From positions 5,760,001 to 5,824,000 of the forward strand of contig OY760175.1 in NCBI GenBank assembly GCA_963663165.1: DNA of 64,000 bases, in the 5' to 3' direction. The DNA is from an uncultured Desulfospira sp. (GTDB taxonomy: Bacteria; Desulfobacterota; Desulfobacteria; Desulfobacterales; Desulfobacteraceae). Shown here in pieces: positions 1 to 10,168 of the stretch. Numbering within the stretch: position 1 is the stretch's first letter; the number at the start of each line of letters is the position of its first letter. Made by a program: the position numbers and the translations under genes. The notes under the pieces are model-generated. The model worked only from the letters and a program-made list of their open reading frames with translations. It had not been told where the DNA came from and searched no databases.

Positions 1-480
1 GACCCCGGCCGGATTCGCGAACAGGCCGGGAACCGGATGGAAGGTCTTTTGGCCGCCCCTTATTACGGATGCCAGTGCCTGCGCCCATTTGCCGTGTTTG
101 ACGATCCTGAAGCGCCTTCTTCCATGACCCCGTTGATCCGGGCCACCGGGGCCACGGTGTTTGAATGGGATATGGGGGCCCAGTGCTGCGGGGCTTCCCA
201 TACCAGCACCAAGCCCGATGCCGGGCTGGCCCTGGTGGAAAAGATCCTGGCCGCAGCCAAAGGCGCGGATCTGATTTTAACGGTCTGCCCCATGTGCCAG
301 ATGAACCTGGAAGGCTTTCAACAAAAGATCTCCCGGGGCCGGGGGCTTGAAATCCCGGTGCTGTACCTGCCCCAGTTTCTGGGGCTTGCCCTGGGAAAAA
401 CGGCCGATGAAGTGGGACTGAATTTGAATTTGTCGAATGTGGATAGGCTGAAGGGGATTAGGCTGAAGACTGAAGGCTGA
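1..480 (+). CDS. HdrB-like CCG-domain protein (heterodisulfide reductase subunit B family), 5'-truncated by the window edge
   Basis: Frame is open from base 1. Motifs YYGC, CCG, CPMCQMNL and PVLYLPQFLGLALG are typical of HdrB/CCG domains. Confidence 0.85.
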   Translation, partial: DPGRIREQAGNRMEGLLAAPYYGCQCLRPFAVFDDPEAPSSMTPLIRATGATVFEWDMGAQCCGASHTSTKPDAGLALVEKILAAAKGADLILTVCPMCQMNLEGFQQKISRGRGLEIPVLYLPQFLGLALGKTADEVGLNLNLSNVDRLKGIRLKTEG

Positions 481-540
481 AGGTAAAAAGGACGAAGGAT
501 GTAGGTCCCCAAGGCTTGTACACTTCAGCCTAAATTCCTA
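444..540. repeat. GGCTGAA/GACTGAA heptamer arm with inverted CTTCAGCCTAA arm
   Basis: taggctgaaggggattaggctgaagactgaaggctgaagg...cttcagcctaaattccta. Related copies at about 25801-25862, 41531-41558 and 60497-60558. Confidence 0.75.
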
Positions 541-551
541 TACGGAGTGAC

Positions 552-2864
552 ATGACCAAACTTTTTTCATACCTGCGCCACAGCCTGGTGTCCAAGCTGA
601 TTTTTTCAGTGGGGCTGACCGTTGTGCTGTCCATTTCCGCCTGGGCTTATTTTAATATCAACAATATCAGAACCCAGATCATGAAAAATGTGATCGCCTC
701 CACGGACCGGCTCACCAACTCCATTAAGCTGGGCACCCACTATGCCATGATGCTCAACTCCAGGGACGACATCAACCAGATTATCAACAACATCGCCACC
801 CAGCCTGAGATCGAGACCATCCGGATTTACAACAAAGACGGCCAGATCAAATTCACCAACAAAGCCGAAGAAATCGACCGGGTGGTGGATATCAAGGAGG
901 TGGCCTGTGACATCTGCCACAAACAGGACCCGCCGCCGGCCGTGATCGGCCGGGCCCAGCGGACCCGGTTCTTTTCTTCTGAAGACGGGACAAGGCTTTT
1001 GGGGGTGGTCCAGCCCATCGGCAACGAGCCGGGCTGTGCCGAATCCTGCCATTTCCACCCCAAAGGCCAGAAGATCCTGGGCTCTTTGGACGTGGTGGTT
1101 TCTTTGAGCGAAATTGACGCCCAGATCCTGGACATTGAAAAGGGGATACTTGAACTGGCGGTATTTACCATTCTCATCACTTCGGTGATCATATTTTTAT
1201 CCATCATGCAGTTTGTGAAAAAACCCATTATCACCCTGATTGACGGCACCCGTAAAATTGCCCAGGGCCAGTATGACCAGCAGATAGACATTGGCCAGGA
1301 TGTGGAGCTCGGGCTTCTTGGCCATGCCATCAAGACCATGGGAAACCAGATCGGCTTAAACCAGGCCGAGTTGAAAAAGCAGAAAAACGAGTACCAGCAG
1401 CTGTTTGAAACCGCCCCGTGCATGATCACGGTCCAGGACCGGGAGTATCGCCTGATCCGGTGGAACCGGGTGTTCCAGGAACGGTTTGACCCGGAACCCG
1501 GGTCCCACTGCTACCGGATTTATAAAGGCTTAGAGGAAAAATGCCGGGACTGCCCCATTGACAAGACCTTTGAAGACGGGAAATCCCACTACGGGGAGGC
1601 CGAAGGCGTGGGAAAAGACGGGGAAAAAACCCACTGGATATTCATTACCTCTCCCATCCGGGATGCAGACGGTAATATCACGGCCGCCATTGAGATGAGC
1701 CTGGACATTACCCAGAGAAAACGCCTGGAAAAGGAGCTGCAGCGATCTGAAGAAAAATACCATGCCATTTTCAACAATATTTCCAATCCCGTGTTTGTGG
1801 TCAGCCAGCAAAGTTTTCATATTCTGGACTGCAATGCCAAGGCCGTGGAAGATTACCGGCAGCCCCGGGACAAGCTCTTAGGGAAAAATTTTGGTGAATT
1901 TTTTCTGGCCGGGGAACGCGAAGCACTGGTTCAAAAGATGGCCACATGCCGGGAGATCAACAAGGTAAGACACCAGGTCACGGACAACGTCTTTATTTTT
2001 GTGGACATGTGGGTCTCCCCGTCGGTTTATTCGGGCCGGCAGGTGCTTTTAGTGACCATCAACGACATTACAAAGCGCCTTGAAACCGAACAGCACCTCA
2101 TGCATGCCAGCAAAATGGCGACGTTAGGGGAAATGTCCACAGGCATTGCCCACGAGCTGAACCAGCCCCTGTCCGTGATCAAGTCGGCCTCATCCTTTTG
2201 CATGAAAAAGATGCGGCAAAATGAAATGATCCCAAAAGAGACCTTTGACAAGCTGATCACCAAGATGGATGCCAACGTGGACCGGGCCGAAAAAATTATC
2301 CATCATATGCGCGAGTTTGCCAGAAAATCCGAGATCCGTCTGGTCAGAACCAATATCAATTCGGTGCTTGGGCGGACTTTTGAGATGTTCAACCAGCAGC
2401 TCAAGATCCGGGGCATTGACGTGATCTGGGACAAGGACGACACCCTGCCGGATATCTTAGGGGACCCGGACCGGCTCGAACAGGTGTTTATCAACCTGAT
2501 CATCAATGCCCGGGACGCCATTGAAGAAAAATGGGAAAAACAGGACGGCTCCCAAAAGGAACCGGACAAGATTACCATTGTCACTGAAGAAAAAGATGGG
2601 TTTCTCCATGTCCATATCCAGGACACGGGAATCGGCATTCAAACGGATCTTTCCGACAAGGTGTTTGAACCTTTTTTTACCACCAAGGAGGTGGGCAAGG
2701 GAACCGGCCTGGGCCTGTCCATTTCCTACGGGATTATCAAAGACTGTTCCGGGACCATCCGGATCAAGCCGGCTGAAAAGGCAGGAGCCGTGGTCTGTAT
2801 TTCTTTTCCGGTGCCTGACGTGATTGAAGATGAACTGGTGATTGAAAGGGAGGGAAACTCATGA
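552..2864 (+). CDS. Membrane sensor histidine kinase (periplasmic heme c-type domain, HAMP, 2 PAS, HisKA, HATPase)
   Basis: Two TM segments, periplasmic CDICH, H-box IAHELNQPL, N-box QVFINLIINA, G-boxes DTGIG and GTGLGL. Confidence 0.93.
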   Translation: MTKLFSYLRHSLVSKLIFSVGLTVVLSISAWAYFNINNIRTQIMKNVIASTDRLTNSIKLGTHYAMMLNSRDDINQIINNIATQPEIETIRIYNKDGQIKFTNKAEEIDRVVDIKEVACDICHKQDPPPAVIGRAQRTRFFSSEDGTRLLGVVQPIGNEPGCAESCHFHPKGQKILGSLDVVVSLSEIDAQILDIEKGILELAVFTILITSVIIFLSIMQFVKKPIITLIDGTRKIAQGQYDQQIDIGQDVELGLLGHAIKTMGNQIGLNQAELKKQKNEYQQLFETAPCMITVQDREYRLIRWNRVFQERFDPEPGSHCYRIYKGLEEKCRDCPIDKTFEDGKSHYGEAEGVGKDGEKTHWIFITSPIRDADGNITAAIEMSLDITQRKRLEKELQRSEEKYHAIFNNISNPVFVVSQQSFHILDCNAKAVEDYRQPRDKLLGKNFGEFFLAGEREALVQKMATCREINKVRHQVTDNVFIFVDMWVSPSVYSGRQVLLVTINDITKRLETEQHLMHASKMATLGEMSTGIAHELNQPLSVIKSASSFCMKKMRQNEMIPKETFDKLITKMDANVDRAEKIIHHMREFARKSEIRLVRTNINSVLGRTFEMFNQQLKIRGIDVIWDKDDTLPDILGDPDRLEQVFINLIINARDAIEEKWEKQDGSQKEPDKITIVTEEKDGFLHVHIQDTGIGIQTDLSDKVFEPFFTTKEVGKGTGLGLSISYGIIKDCSGTIRIKPAEKAGAVVCISFPVPDVIEDELVIEREGNS

Positions 2865-3985
2865 TTGAACGGCCGGATATTTCCATTCTTATCGTGGATG
2901 ACGAGGAGGATATCCGGGATGTCCTTGAAATCGCCCTCCTGGACTTAGGGTATAAGGTGTTCACGGCAGATAACGGGCAATCCGCCTTTGACGTGTTTAA
3001 AGATGCCCCCACCAATGTGGTGATCACGGACATTAAAATGCCGGTTATGGACGGGATCCAGTTGCTGCGAAAAGTCAAGGACCATACCCCGGATACGGAA
3101 GTGATCATGATTACCGGTCACGGGGACATGGATTTGAGCATTGCCAGTCTTAAAAACCATGCCGCCGATTTTATCACCAAGCCGGTGAATGTGGATGTGC
3201 TGGAGATTTCCGTGGCCAAGGCCGTGGAAAAGATCACGGCCAAAAGACAGCTGGCCGAGTATACCCAGAGGCTTGAAGAACTGATCATGGAAAAGACGGA
3301 CCTGGCCTCCCACCTGTCTTCTCTGGGGCTGATGATGGGGACCGTTTCCCACAACATCAAAGGCCTTTTGACCAACCTGGACGGCGGCATTTACCTGACC
3401 CGGTCCGGCATGAAAAAACAGGATACCGCCAGCATGGAAGACGGGCTTGCCATGTTGTCCCAGGCCGTGGACCGGATCAAGAAAATGGTCATGGATGTCC
3501 TGCTTTACTCCAAGGAACGGAAACTGGAGATTGTCCCGGTGCCCACCCGGGAATTTGCCTTACAGGTCCAAAAGACCATGGCGCCCAAGCTCAAATCAAC
3601 CGACATTTTATTTAAGTGCCAGGATGCCCTGGCCCCTGAAACCATTCCCATGGACCGGGAATTCATGCTGGCCGCCCTGATCAATATCCTGGACAACGCC
3701 GTGGACGCCTGTTTAAGCGATAAGGCCAAAACCGATCACGAAATCCGGTGCGACATCGAAAAAAAGGACCGCCAGGCCATGATCCGGATCACGGACAACG
3801 GCTGCGGCATGGACCCCGCCATCAAGGAAAAGATTTTTGATTTGTTTTTTTCTTCTAAAGGCACCCAAGGCACGGGGTTTGGCCTGTACATCTCCAACTC
3901 GGTCATCAAGCAGCACGGCGGCACCATCAGCGTTATGTCAGTTAAGGGCAAGGAGACGGTGTTTACGATTGTGCTGCCGTGTTAG
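2861..3985 (+). CDS. Receiver domain-histidine kinase hybrid
   Basis: N-terminal REC (ILIVDDE, DIKMP, KP), H-box VSHNIKG, HATPase (NAVDA, DNGCG, GTGFGL). 4 bp overlap with the upstream kinase. Confidence 0.92.
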   Translation: MIERPDISILIVDDEEDIRDVLEIALLDLGYKVFTADNGQSAFDVFKDAPTNVVITDIKMPVMDGIQLLRKVKDHTPDTEVIMITGHGDMDLSIASLKNHAADFITKPVNVDVLEISVAKAVEKITAKRQLAEYTQRLEELIMEKTDLASHLSSLGLMMGTVSHNIKGLLTNLDGGIYLTRSGMKKQDTASMEDGLAMLSQAVDRIKKMVMDVLLYSKERKLEIVPVPTREFALQVQKTMAPKLKSTDILFKCQDALAPETIPMDREFMLAALINILDNAVDACLSDKAKTDHEIRCDIEKKDRQAMIRITDNGCGMDPAIKEKIFDLFFSSKGTQGTGFGLYISNSVIKQHGGTISVMSVKGKETVFTIVLPC

Positions 3986-3990
3986 GGCGG

Positions 3991-4078
3991 GTGGGAAAGT
4001 GAGCAGGTGGGAAAGTGGGCCGGTGGGAAAGTGGGCCGGTGAGAAAGTGAGCAGGTGGGAAAGGGAGACGGTGAGCCG
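3991..4078 (+). repeat. Octamer tandem array GTG(G/A)G(AAA/CAG/CCG), 11 units
   Basis: Read directly: gtgggaaa gtgagcag gtgggaaa gtgggccg gtgggaaa gtgggccg gtgagaaa gtgagcag gtgggaaa gggagacg gtgagccg. Confidence 0.9.
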
Positions 4079-4116
4079 GGGATTCGGATCTCCGTTTTTT
4101 TTTCATGAAATTTATT

Positions 4117-4402
4117 TTATCCGGATTCCAATTGTCTGTAATGGGCTTTGAGTTCGCGGACATCCATGGGAACCGTAAATATTTTAACGCCTATGAAACC
4201 GGCCTTTAGATCAAATGTATACAGATTTCCCTCCCGGAGGATAACAAGGCTTGCCGATGGTTTGGAGTTGTCTTTTTTTAACCTGGGAGATGAGATTTCT
4301 GGCATGAATAATCCGGTGGCCGTTGTAGGCAATGATGATGTCCTCGGGTTCCAGCCCGGCTTGCTCGGCCTGGGTCAACCGGTCCCGGTCAAAGGTCAAC
4401 AC
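4117..4402 (-). pseudogene. PDZ-domain gene fragment split by a frameshift
   Basis: ORF 4211-4402 has the PDZ-like AEQAGLEPEDIIIAYNGHRI. ORF 4117-4332 continues with SLVILREGNLYTFDLKAGFIGV. Removing one base from the 7-T run at 4273-4279 joins them. Confidence 0.65.
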
Positions 4403-4493
4403 ACAGTGGGGATCAAGGCATGAAAATCCTGCTCCAGAGGATAAATTCGAGAAGGAGCAGGATTTAAGCGCAGTAAAGGATCAATTCATTTTT

Positions 4494-7400
4494 TTACTCG
4501 CAGACCGATCCTAAATTTTCCGATATCCGTTCAAGGTCCAGATGATTGACCTGGCCGCTTTCGTCCAGATCGGCCCGGGGGTTCCAGTTGTCATCTCCTT
4601 CCTGGGCGCCCATGGCTGCGGCCATGGCGGCAAGGTCTGCGCCGTCTACATCGCAGTCGCCGTCCAGATCTCCTGTCAGCGAATTCGTTCCCGCGGTGAT
4701 AAAGTTTGGCCTGACATAGGTGTCGGTAGCCCCGTTGCTGTCGGTGATGGTGAGAGATACGGTGTAAACCCCTTCAGCAAAGGTTTTCACCGGGTTCTGT
4801 TCCGCGGATGAGGTGCCGTCGCCAAAATCCCAGGCATAGGTATAGGGCGCAACCCCGTTTGAGCTTCGATCAATAAAGTTGATGGTCAGCGGCGGATCTC
4901 CGGTAAGGACGTCCCCTGCCGTTTCCTCGAAGGCGGCAATGGGGGCCTGCCCCGGCCCGATTTTGAGAAGCACAAATTCTGAGCTCCAGTCATTGGCGGC
5001 TGTGCCCCGGTTTAGCAAAATGGTATAGGTTCCGTCTTCATGGGCGATGATGGCCCTTGGCTCTTCAAATTCATATGGATCGGTGCCGTCATTCTGTATC
5101 CAGCCCCACAGGTATTCCCCGTCGCTGCTGAATTTGAACAGCCCCCAGTCATAATAGCTTTGGGAATCAGCATCCCTGACCATGCCGGCCATGAGATATC
5201 CGCCGTCGTTTGTCCAGGTGCCGGTCATAAGCCTTTCTATGGCCGTGTGGTAACTATTGTTCAGGTCATCGGGTACGACAGTTTCCCAGACCGTTTCACC
5301 GCTGGCATTTACCTTGGCCAGAAAAATCTGGTCATACAGTCCCCCTGCCACAAGATACCCGCCGTCATCGGCCTGGCCCACCCACTGTCCGTAATAGCGG
5401 TGAAGAAAGGTAGAGGGGTTCGTATCCGGCCAGCTGGTGAAAAAGTTTACCGTTCCTAAGTTGTTGGTATGCACCAGGGGAACCGGATCTGCGCCTTTCA
5501 GCTGGCCGCCCGTCAAAAGGAGGCTGTTTCCACTGTCCACCCGCTCCATGGCCGTGAATGCCAGGGGATCTGAAAAAAGGGCATCCTCTGCCGGCTGATG
5601 GTGCCCCTCGCCATCAATCCTGGCCAGCCAGGCCTGAGTGTCTAATATACCGGTGCTGTTATACCGGACCCCGGCCACCCAGTAGCCGTCATCCATGACC
5701 ACGATGTCAAAACCGTGGTCTGCATACCCGTTGTCAATGGTTTCCTGCCATTGGCAGGTCCCCTGGGCATTGGTCTTGACCACCCAGAGGTTCTGGCTCT
5801 CGTAGTCTTGATAGTGGCGGTCAACATATCCCGTGATCACCATACTGCCATCGTCTTCCAGGGCAATGGCTTCGCCGGCACAAAGGATATATGTTTCAGG
5901 ATTGTACCCGTATCCTTCAAAATACTGCTGCCAGAGAAACATGCCCCGGTCATCTGTTTTGATAAGGACCGGATCAAAGCCGTAAGCGTTGTCCCAGAGC
6001 GCGGCATAACCTGTAACCGCGAACCCGCCGTCCGGTGTCTGCACCATGTCGAGACCGGCCATCTTAAGGTTGGAAACGGATTCATCAGGGCGGTACCGGC
6101 TGTTGTCGTACACCCGTTCCCACTGGATGGTCATGAACTGGACATTGACTGATTTTTTAACACAAACCTGGACCCCGTCTTCATCCCATACGGTGAGGGT
6201 GACTTCATAGGTTCCGGGCGTTGCAAAGGCGTGGGTGATTTCAGCCCCGGCATCCGGGAGAACCGTGCCGTCCCCAAAGTCCCAGTCATATTGAATGTTT
6301 GAATCATCACCGTCCGGATCTGACGCCGTGGCCGTGAACGAAGTGCCCACCTCGACAATAACCGGTTCCGGGCTGTAGGTAAAATCAACAACAGGGGGAT
6401 AGTACCGGGATTTCAGTGTTTTTACGACCCATGCATGGGGCTCTTTTGATCCGTCGGAATCCGAGTCAAAGGAGACAGTGGCCGCAACGACCAGGCGGGA
6501 ATCGCCCGTCTCTGTTTCCGGAAGGTAAATCAGGTCCATTCCCTTGTCATTTCCTTCTCCGCCAAGGGTTTTATCCCAGAGAAGGTTGCCGTTAAAATCG
6601 GTTCCCACAAGCCAGACATCCAGGCCCCCGCGTCCTTTCAGGTTGGTACTGCCCACCATGACGTATCCGTAATCGGTTTTGACCACTTTGACCAATTCAC
6701 ACTGGTCTTCGGTGCAGCCGTATCTTTGAAGCCACAATTCGTTTCCATCGTCATCTATTTTGGCAAGGGCCGGGAAAAAATCCGATTCAGTGTAGCGGGT
6801 AGTCACAACGATGGTGTCGCTTCCCTCTTCAAGGATGTCCCGGTAGTTCAAATATCCGCCGGTGTATTTCCATTCGATTTCCAGGGTTTCATCCAGCTTC
6901 CAGACCCCGCCGTCGCTGCTCAAAAGGTACCCGTCATCAAGCTCAAGGATGTCTGTCATGCCGGCACCGCCTGAATACCAGGTGGTTCTCCACTGGCTGT
7001 CATACAAATTGAGCTTTTCCCAGATCACGCCACCAAGACAGTTGGTTTTAAACAGGCTGCCGTGAAGGGAGCTTGATCCGTAAAGCGTGTTGGCGGCCAG
7101 CAGGAAATCATAGGTCTGGGTTGCCGGGTCGTACACCGGGGTGACAACCTTGCCGCGGGAGTAATACACATAAAGGGGGGTGCCGTCCGGGTCCACTTCC
7201 TGGGGAAACCGGTTGGCATAATTTACGTCCACAATATCGGTTCCCGAGCTGAAGGTTTTTAACAGCCAGGCCCCTTTGATATAGGTGTAATCCGAGCCGT
7301 CGCTGTAATCCACCCGTTCGTATCTTGAGCCTGCGAATACGTAGTGCTCCTCACCTTCTAAGGCCGGTATGACGGCCACATCGTTCAGCCCGGTACACAC

Positions 7401-7808
7401 CCCTTCCGAAGGCGGTCCAAGATCAACATGGGAAACAAAATCCGTGACATCCACGGTCCCACAGGTCACACAGATGCCCGGATCGCAATGATAGATGGCT
7501 TCATCAGCAAAAGAGCGGTAATACTGGCGATCCCCGCTGTCGTTCAGTTTAAAGAAAACGGCGTATCCGCCTTTTTCGTCTCCGGTATGGTACATATCCG
7601 GGTCTATAAAGGAAACAAAACCCGTGACAATATATCCATCGCTGGTCTTGGCAATGGCGGTGGCCTGATCCGGTTCCGGATTGATGCTGCCCCATTCACA
7701 GCCCGGGGGATTTTCAAAGTCGCTCTGGGTGTCGGCAACTGCCGGTCCCGGGGCCAGTAAGAAACATAATAAAAACAGCTTGCCGGCTTTAAAGATGCTT
7801 TTTTTCAT
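4494..7808 (-). CDS. Large secreted protein: beta-propeller-like repeats, 2 PKD domains, C-terminal dockerin-like domain
   Basis: Signal peptide, repeated DGGYLVAG/WLVKTD..G..LW motifs, PKD motifs YDWDFGDG and YAWDFGDG, C-terminal GDLDGDCDVDGADL...ADLDESGQVNHLDL. Confidence 0.88.
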   Translation of the reverse strand: MKKSIFKAGKLFLLCFLLAPGPAVADTQSDFENPPGCEWGSINPEPDQATAIAKTSDGYIVTGFVSFIDPDMYHTGDEKGGYAVFFKLNDSGDRQYYRSFADEAIYHCDPGICVTCGTVDVTDFVSHVDLGPPSEGVCTGLNDVAVIPALEGEEHYVFAGSRYERVDYSDGSDYTYIKGAWLLKTFSSGTDIVDVNYANRFPQEVDPDGTPLYVYYSRGKVVTPVYDPATQTYDFLLAANTLYGSSSLHGSLFKTNCLGGVIWEKLNLYDSQWRTTWYSGGAGMTDILELDDGYLLSSDGGVWKLDETLEIEWKYTGGYLNYRDILEEGSDTIVVTTRYTESDFFPALAKIDDDGNELWLQRYGCTEDQCELVKVVKTDYGYVMVGSTNLKGRGGLDVWLVGTDFNGNLLWDKTLGGEGNDKGMDLIYLPETETGDSRLVVAATVSFDSDSDGSKEPHAWVVKTLKSRYYPPVVDFTYSPEPVIVEVGTSFTATASDPDGDDSNIQYDWDFGDGTVLPDAGAEITHAFATPGTYEVTLTVWDEDGVQVCVKKSVNVQFMTIQWERVYDNSRYRPDESVSNLKMAGLDMVQTPDGGFAVTGYAALWDNAYGFDPVLIKTDDRGMFLWQQYFEGYGYNPETYILCAGEAIALEDDGSMVITGYVDRHYQDYESQNLWVVKTNAQGTCQWQETIDNGYADHGFDIVVMDDGYWVAGVRYNSTGILDTQAWLARIDGEGHHQPAEDALFSDPLAFTAMERVDSGNSLLLTGGQLKGADPVPLVHTNNLGTVNFFTSWPDTNPSTFLHRYYGQWVGQADDGGYLVAGGLYDQIFLAKVNASGETVWETVVPDDLNNSYHTAIERLMTGTWTNDGGYLMAGMVRDADSQSYYDWGLFKFSSDGEYLWGWIQNDGTDPYEFEEPRAIIAHEDGTYTILLNRGTAANDWSSEFVLLKIGPGQAPIAAFEETAGDVLTGDPPLTINFIDRSSNGVAPYTYAWDFGDGTSSAEQNPVKTFAEGVYTVSLTITDSNGATDTYVRPNFITAGTNSLTGDLDGDCDVDGADLAAMAAAMGAQEGDDNWNPRADLDESGQVNHLDLERISENLGSVCE

Positions 7809-8120
7809 AGGTGCCTTCCTTTAAAATCTTTTTAGTTTTACCCCTTTGCCGGTGCAGGGAAAGTACACCGGTGAAACAGTGGGCAGGTGCCTGTCGTGCG
7901 GGCCGACAGGGGTCTTTTAAAAGGATAGATGCAGTTTTCTGTGGAAGCGGTTTGAGGTGCCAGCAAGTAATGATGAACCGGAAAGGCCTGGCTCAGCCCA
8001 ATTTAAATCTGATGAAAATCAATTTGCGGTAGGGGTACTTTAGAATAGTGCCCGGGGGTTTGTCAAAGAGAAATTAAGGAAATTAGAGGGCGCCTGACGG
8101 AATCGATGGCAAACCTTATT

Positions 8121-8429
8121 AAAAGAATGGAGACCGGAAGAAAGGAGACGGGAGGCCGAAACCGTCAAGTTCCCTGGTTTGAGCGGCAAGGTTGGAGCGG
8201 GCCATGCCCGCGATTCGATCGCGGGCATGGCCCGCTCCAACCTATTATCTGCAGAAAATATGATGATGGATACCGGATGTTGCGGTGGTGTTGGGCCGCC
8301 TGTAGGGCGATTCATGAATCGCCCTTACATGAATCGCCCCTACATGAATAACCATTAGGTGGGCAATTCATGAATTGCCCTTACATCGTCATCATCTGTA
8401 ATAATGACAATCCAAAATTCAATTTTATT
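8121..8429. repeat. Composite REP/REPIN-like intergenic element, copy A
   Basis: GGAGAC arms, a 55 bp palindrome at 8189-8243 and GTAG-type palindromes at 8302-8384. Closely similar to 61630-61915 and partly to 37650-37780. Confidence 0.88.
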
Positions 8430-8520
8430 CCCCCTATTCCCCCTTCCGGAATGGATTGTTTTTTTACATGCGATTGCCCTGATCCTGAATCCGGGACAGC
8501 TTAAAATGGCATGGAAAGTC

Positions 8521-9411
8521 CTAACCCCCTGTTATTACAATCCCCGCTGCAAACAAAAGACTGAACAGAAACGCAAGCTTTGCCGTATCCGCCAGGCATA
8601 AATTAAGCACCTCGCCTTTGTGCCGTGAAATCGTATCAAACAGGGGCACAATTTTATAAAACACAACCAACGGCATCAGTATCCAGGCGGTATACGATCC
8701 TGTGGCAAACATCAGGCAGGGAATCAAAAATGAAACCAGAACCAGAATAATGTATTCCATTTTTGTTTTGGCAGCACCGATCATCACGGCAAGGGTTTGC
8801 TTGCCCGCCCTTTCATCGGTCTCAATGTCCCGCAGGTTATTCACCACCAGGATGGCCGTGATGAGCAGCCCCACCGGAATGGATGCCGTACAACATCCCC
8901 GGCTCAGGGTATGGCCCATTAGATAATAGGTGCCGCACACCGCCACGGGACCGAAAAAAATAAAGACAAACACCTCTCCCAGCCCATTGGACGCAATGGG
9001 ATAGGGCCCGCCGCTGTAGCCTAGGGAACAGATCACCGAAACCACGGCAATGGCCAGGATCACAGGCCCGCCGTTGATCACCAGAAATCCCCCGAGCAAA
9101 AGACACAGGCCAAGGGTGAACAAGGTGGCATTGCGGACGGTTTCCGGTTTGATCAGCCCGCTCTGGGTGACCCGGACAGGGCCTTTGCGGTCCTCGGTGT
9201 CAATGTTGTTTTTGAAATCAAAATAATCATTTGCAAGGTTTACGGAGATCTGAATCAGCAAGGCGGCGGCCAGGGCGCAGATAAACATGAGAAACGAGAA
9301 ATGGTGATCTGCCATGGCACAGGCCGCCCCCACAACCACCGGACAGGCGGCAGCGGGTAAGGTTTTGGGCCGGATGGCCAGCCCCCAGTGGTTTAATTTC
9401 ATGATATCCAT
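8521..9411 (-). CDS. menA: 1,4-dihydroxy-2-naphthoate polyprenyltransferase
   Basis: IRPKTL, NLANDYFDFK..ID...R.GP.R, NNLRDIETD...GK.TLAV and YSGGPYP are MenA motifs of the UbiA superfamily. Confidence 0.92.
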   Translation of the reverse strand: MDIMKLNHWGLAIRPKTLPAAACPVVVGAACAMADHHFSFLMFICALAAALLIQISVNLANDYFDFKNNIDTEDRKGPVRVTQSGLIKPETVRNATLFTLGLCLLLGGFLVINGGPVILAIAVVSVICSLGYSGGPYPIASNGLGEVFVFIFFGPVAVCGTYYLMGHTLSRGCCTASIPVGLLITAILVVNNLRDIETDERAGKQTLAVMIGAAKTKMEYIILVLVSFLIPCLMFATGSYTAWILMPLVVFYKIVPLFDTISRHKGEVLNLCLADTAKLAFLFSLLFAAGIVITGG

Positions 9412-9415
9412 CGCT

Positions 9416-10168
9416 TTAATCCAAATAAAGGTGTTTGTTCACTTTAAGTTCTACGGCATAAACGGCAAAATAAATGGCCACGCCCAAAAGTCCCATGGCC
9501 AGGATTCCGGTGTACATTTCCGGGTACATCAGGATCTGGTAGGTTTCCACCACAATATAGTACCCAAGCCCGTATTGGGTTAAGGATTGTTCGGCAATAA
9601 AAAGGACGGCAATGGCCGTACCCGTGGAGACCCTTAATGCGGTCAGCACCGCCGGAACACAGGCCGGCAGATACACATACCTGAAAAGCGCCAGGCGCCC
9701 GGCCCCTAAAGAGCGGACCGACATGATCAGTTCGGGTTTCAGGCCGGCGGCCTCATCCCGGACCACCACAAGGATCTGGAAAAAAATAATCAGGGCAATC
9801 AAAAGGACTTTGGACAGGTCTGTGATGCCCATGAGAACATAGATGACCGGCAGAAAAATAATCTTGGGGATGGGATAGACAATGGCAATCAATGGCCCTG
9901 CCACACGATCCAGAGCCCGGATCTGTCCTAAGGCCAGGCCGGCCGGGGCAGCGGTTATGGTGGCCAGTGTTATCGCAGCCATGACCCTGGCCCCAGAGGC
10001 CAGAAAATGCAGCCCCAGTTCCCCGAAAATTGAGGCGGCAAAAAGGGGAAGAACCTTAACGGGAGACGGCAGGATGGGCCGGTGAACCAGAATGGCTGCC
10101 AGCCACCAGAGTGCCAGGAATAGGAACATTCCGGTTATGGTCCCGGTGAATGATCCTTTCTTTTTCAT
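9416..10168 (-). CDS. ABC transporter permease, NitT/TauT/SsuC type
   Basis: ILPSP, YPIPKI.FLP, EAA-like loop SVRSLGA, IAE...GLGYYI. Confidence 0.9.
   Translation of the reverse strand: MKKKGSFTGTITGMFLFLALWWLAAILVHRPILPSPVKVLPLFAASIFGELGLHFLASGARVMAAITLATITAAPAGLALGQIRALDRVAGPLIAIVYPIPKIIFLPVIYVLMGITDLSKVLLIALIIFFQILVVVRDEAAGLKPELIMSVRSLGAGRLALFRYVYLPACVPAVLTALRVSTGTAIAVLFIAEQSLTQYGLGYYIVVETYQILMYPEMYTGILAMGLLGVAIYFAVYAVELKVNKHLYLD

Noticed and set aside
7945..7965. sigma54 promoter TGGCAC for the PKD gene
   Set aside because: GG-to-GC spacing is off by one from the required N10.
8106..8145. c-di-GMP-I riboswitch suggested by GGCAAACC
   Set aside because: Lacks the GNRA loop and GACGCAAAG, and runs into a GGAGACC repeat.
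8040..8351. Short ORFs at 8040-8351, 61510-61785, 35065-35295, 55389-55736, 13207-13416 and 18611-19008 that resemble each other
   Set aside because: The similarity comes from the shared DNA repeats. There are no RBS or domain signals.
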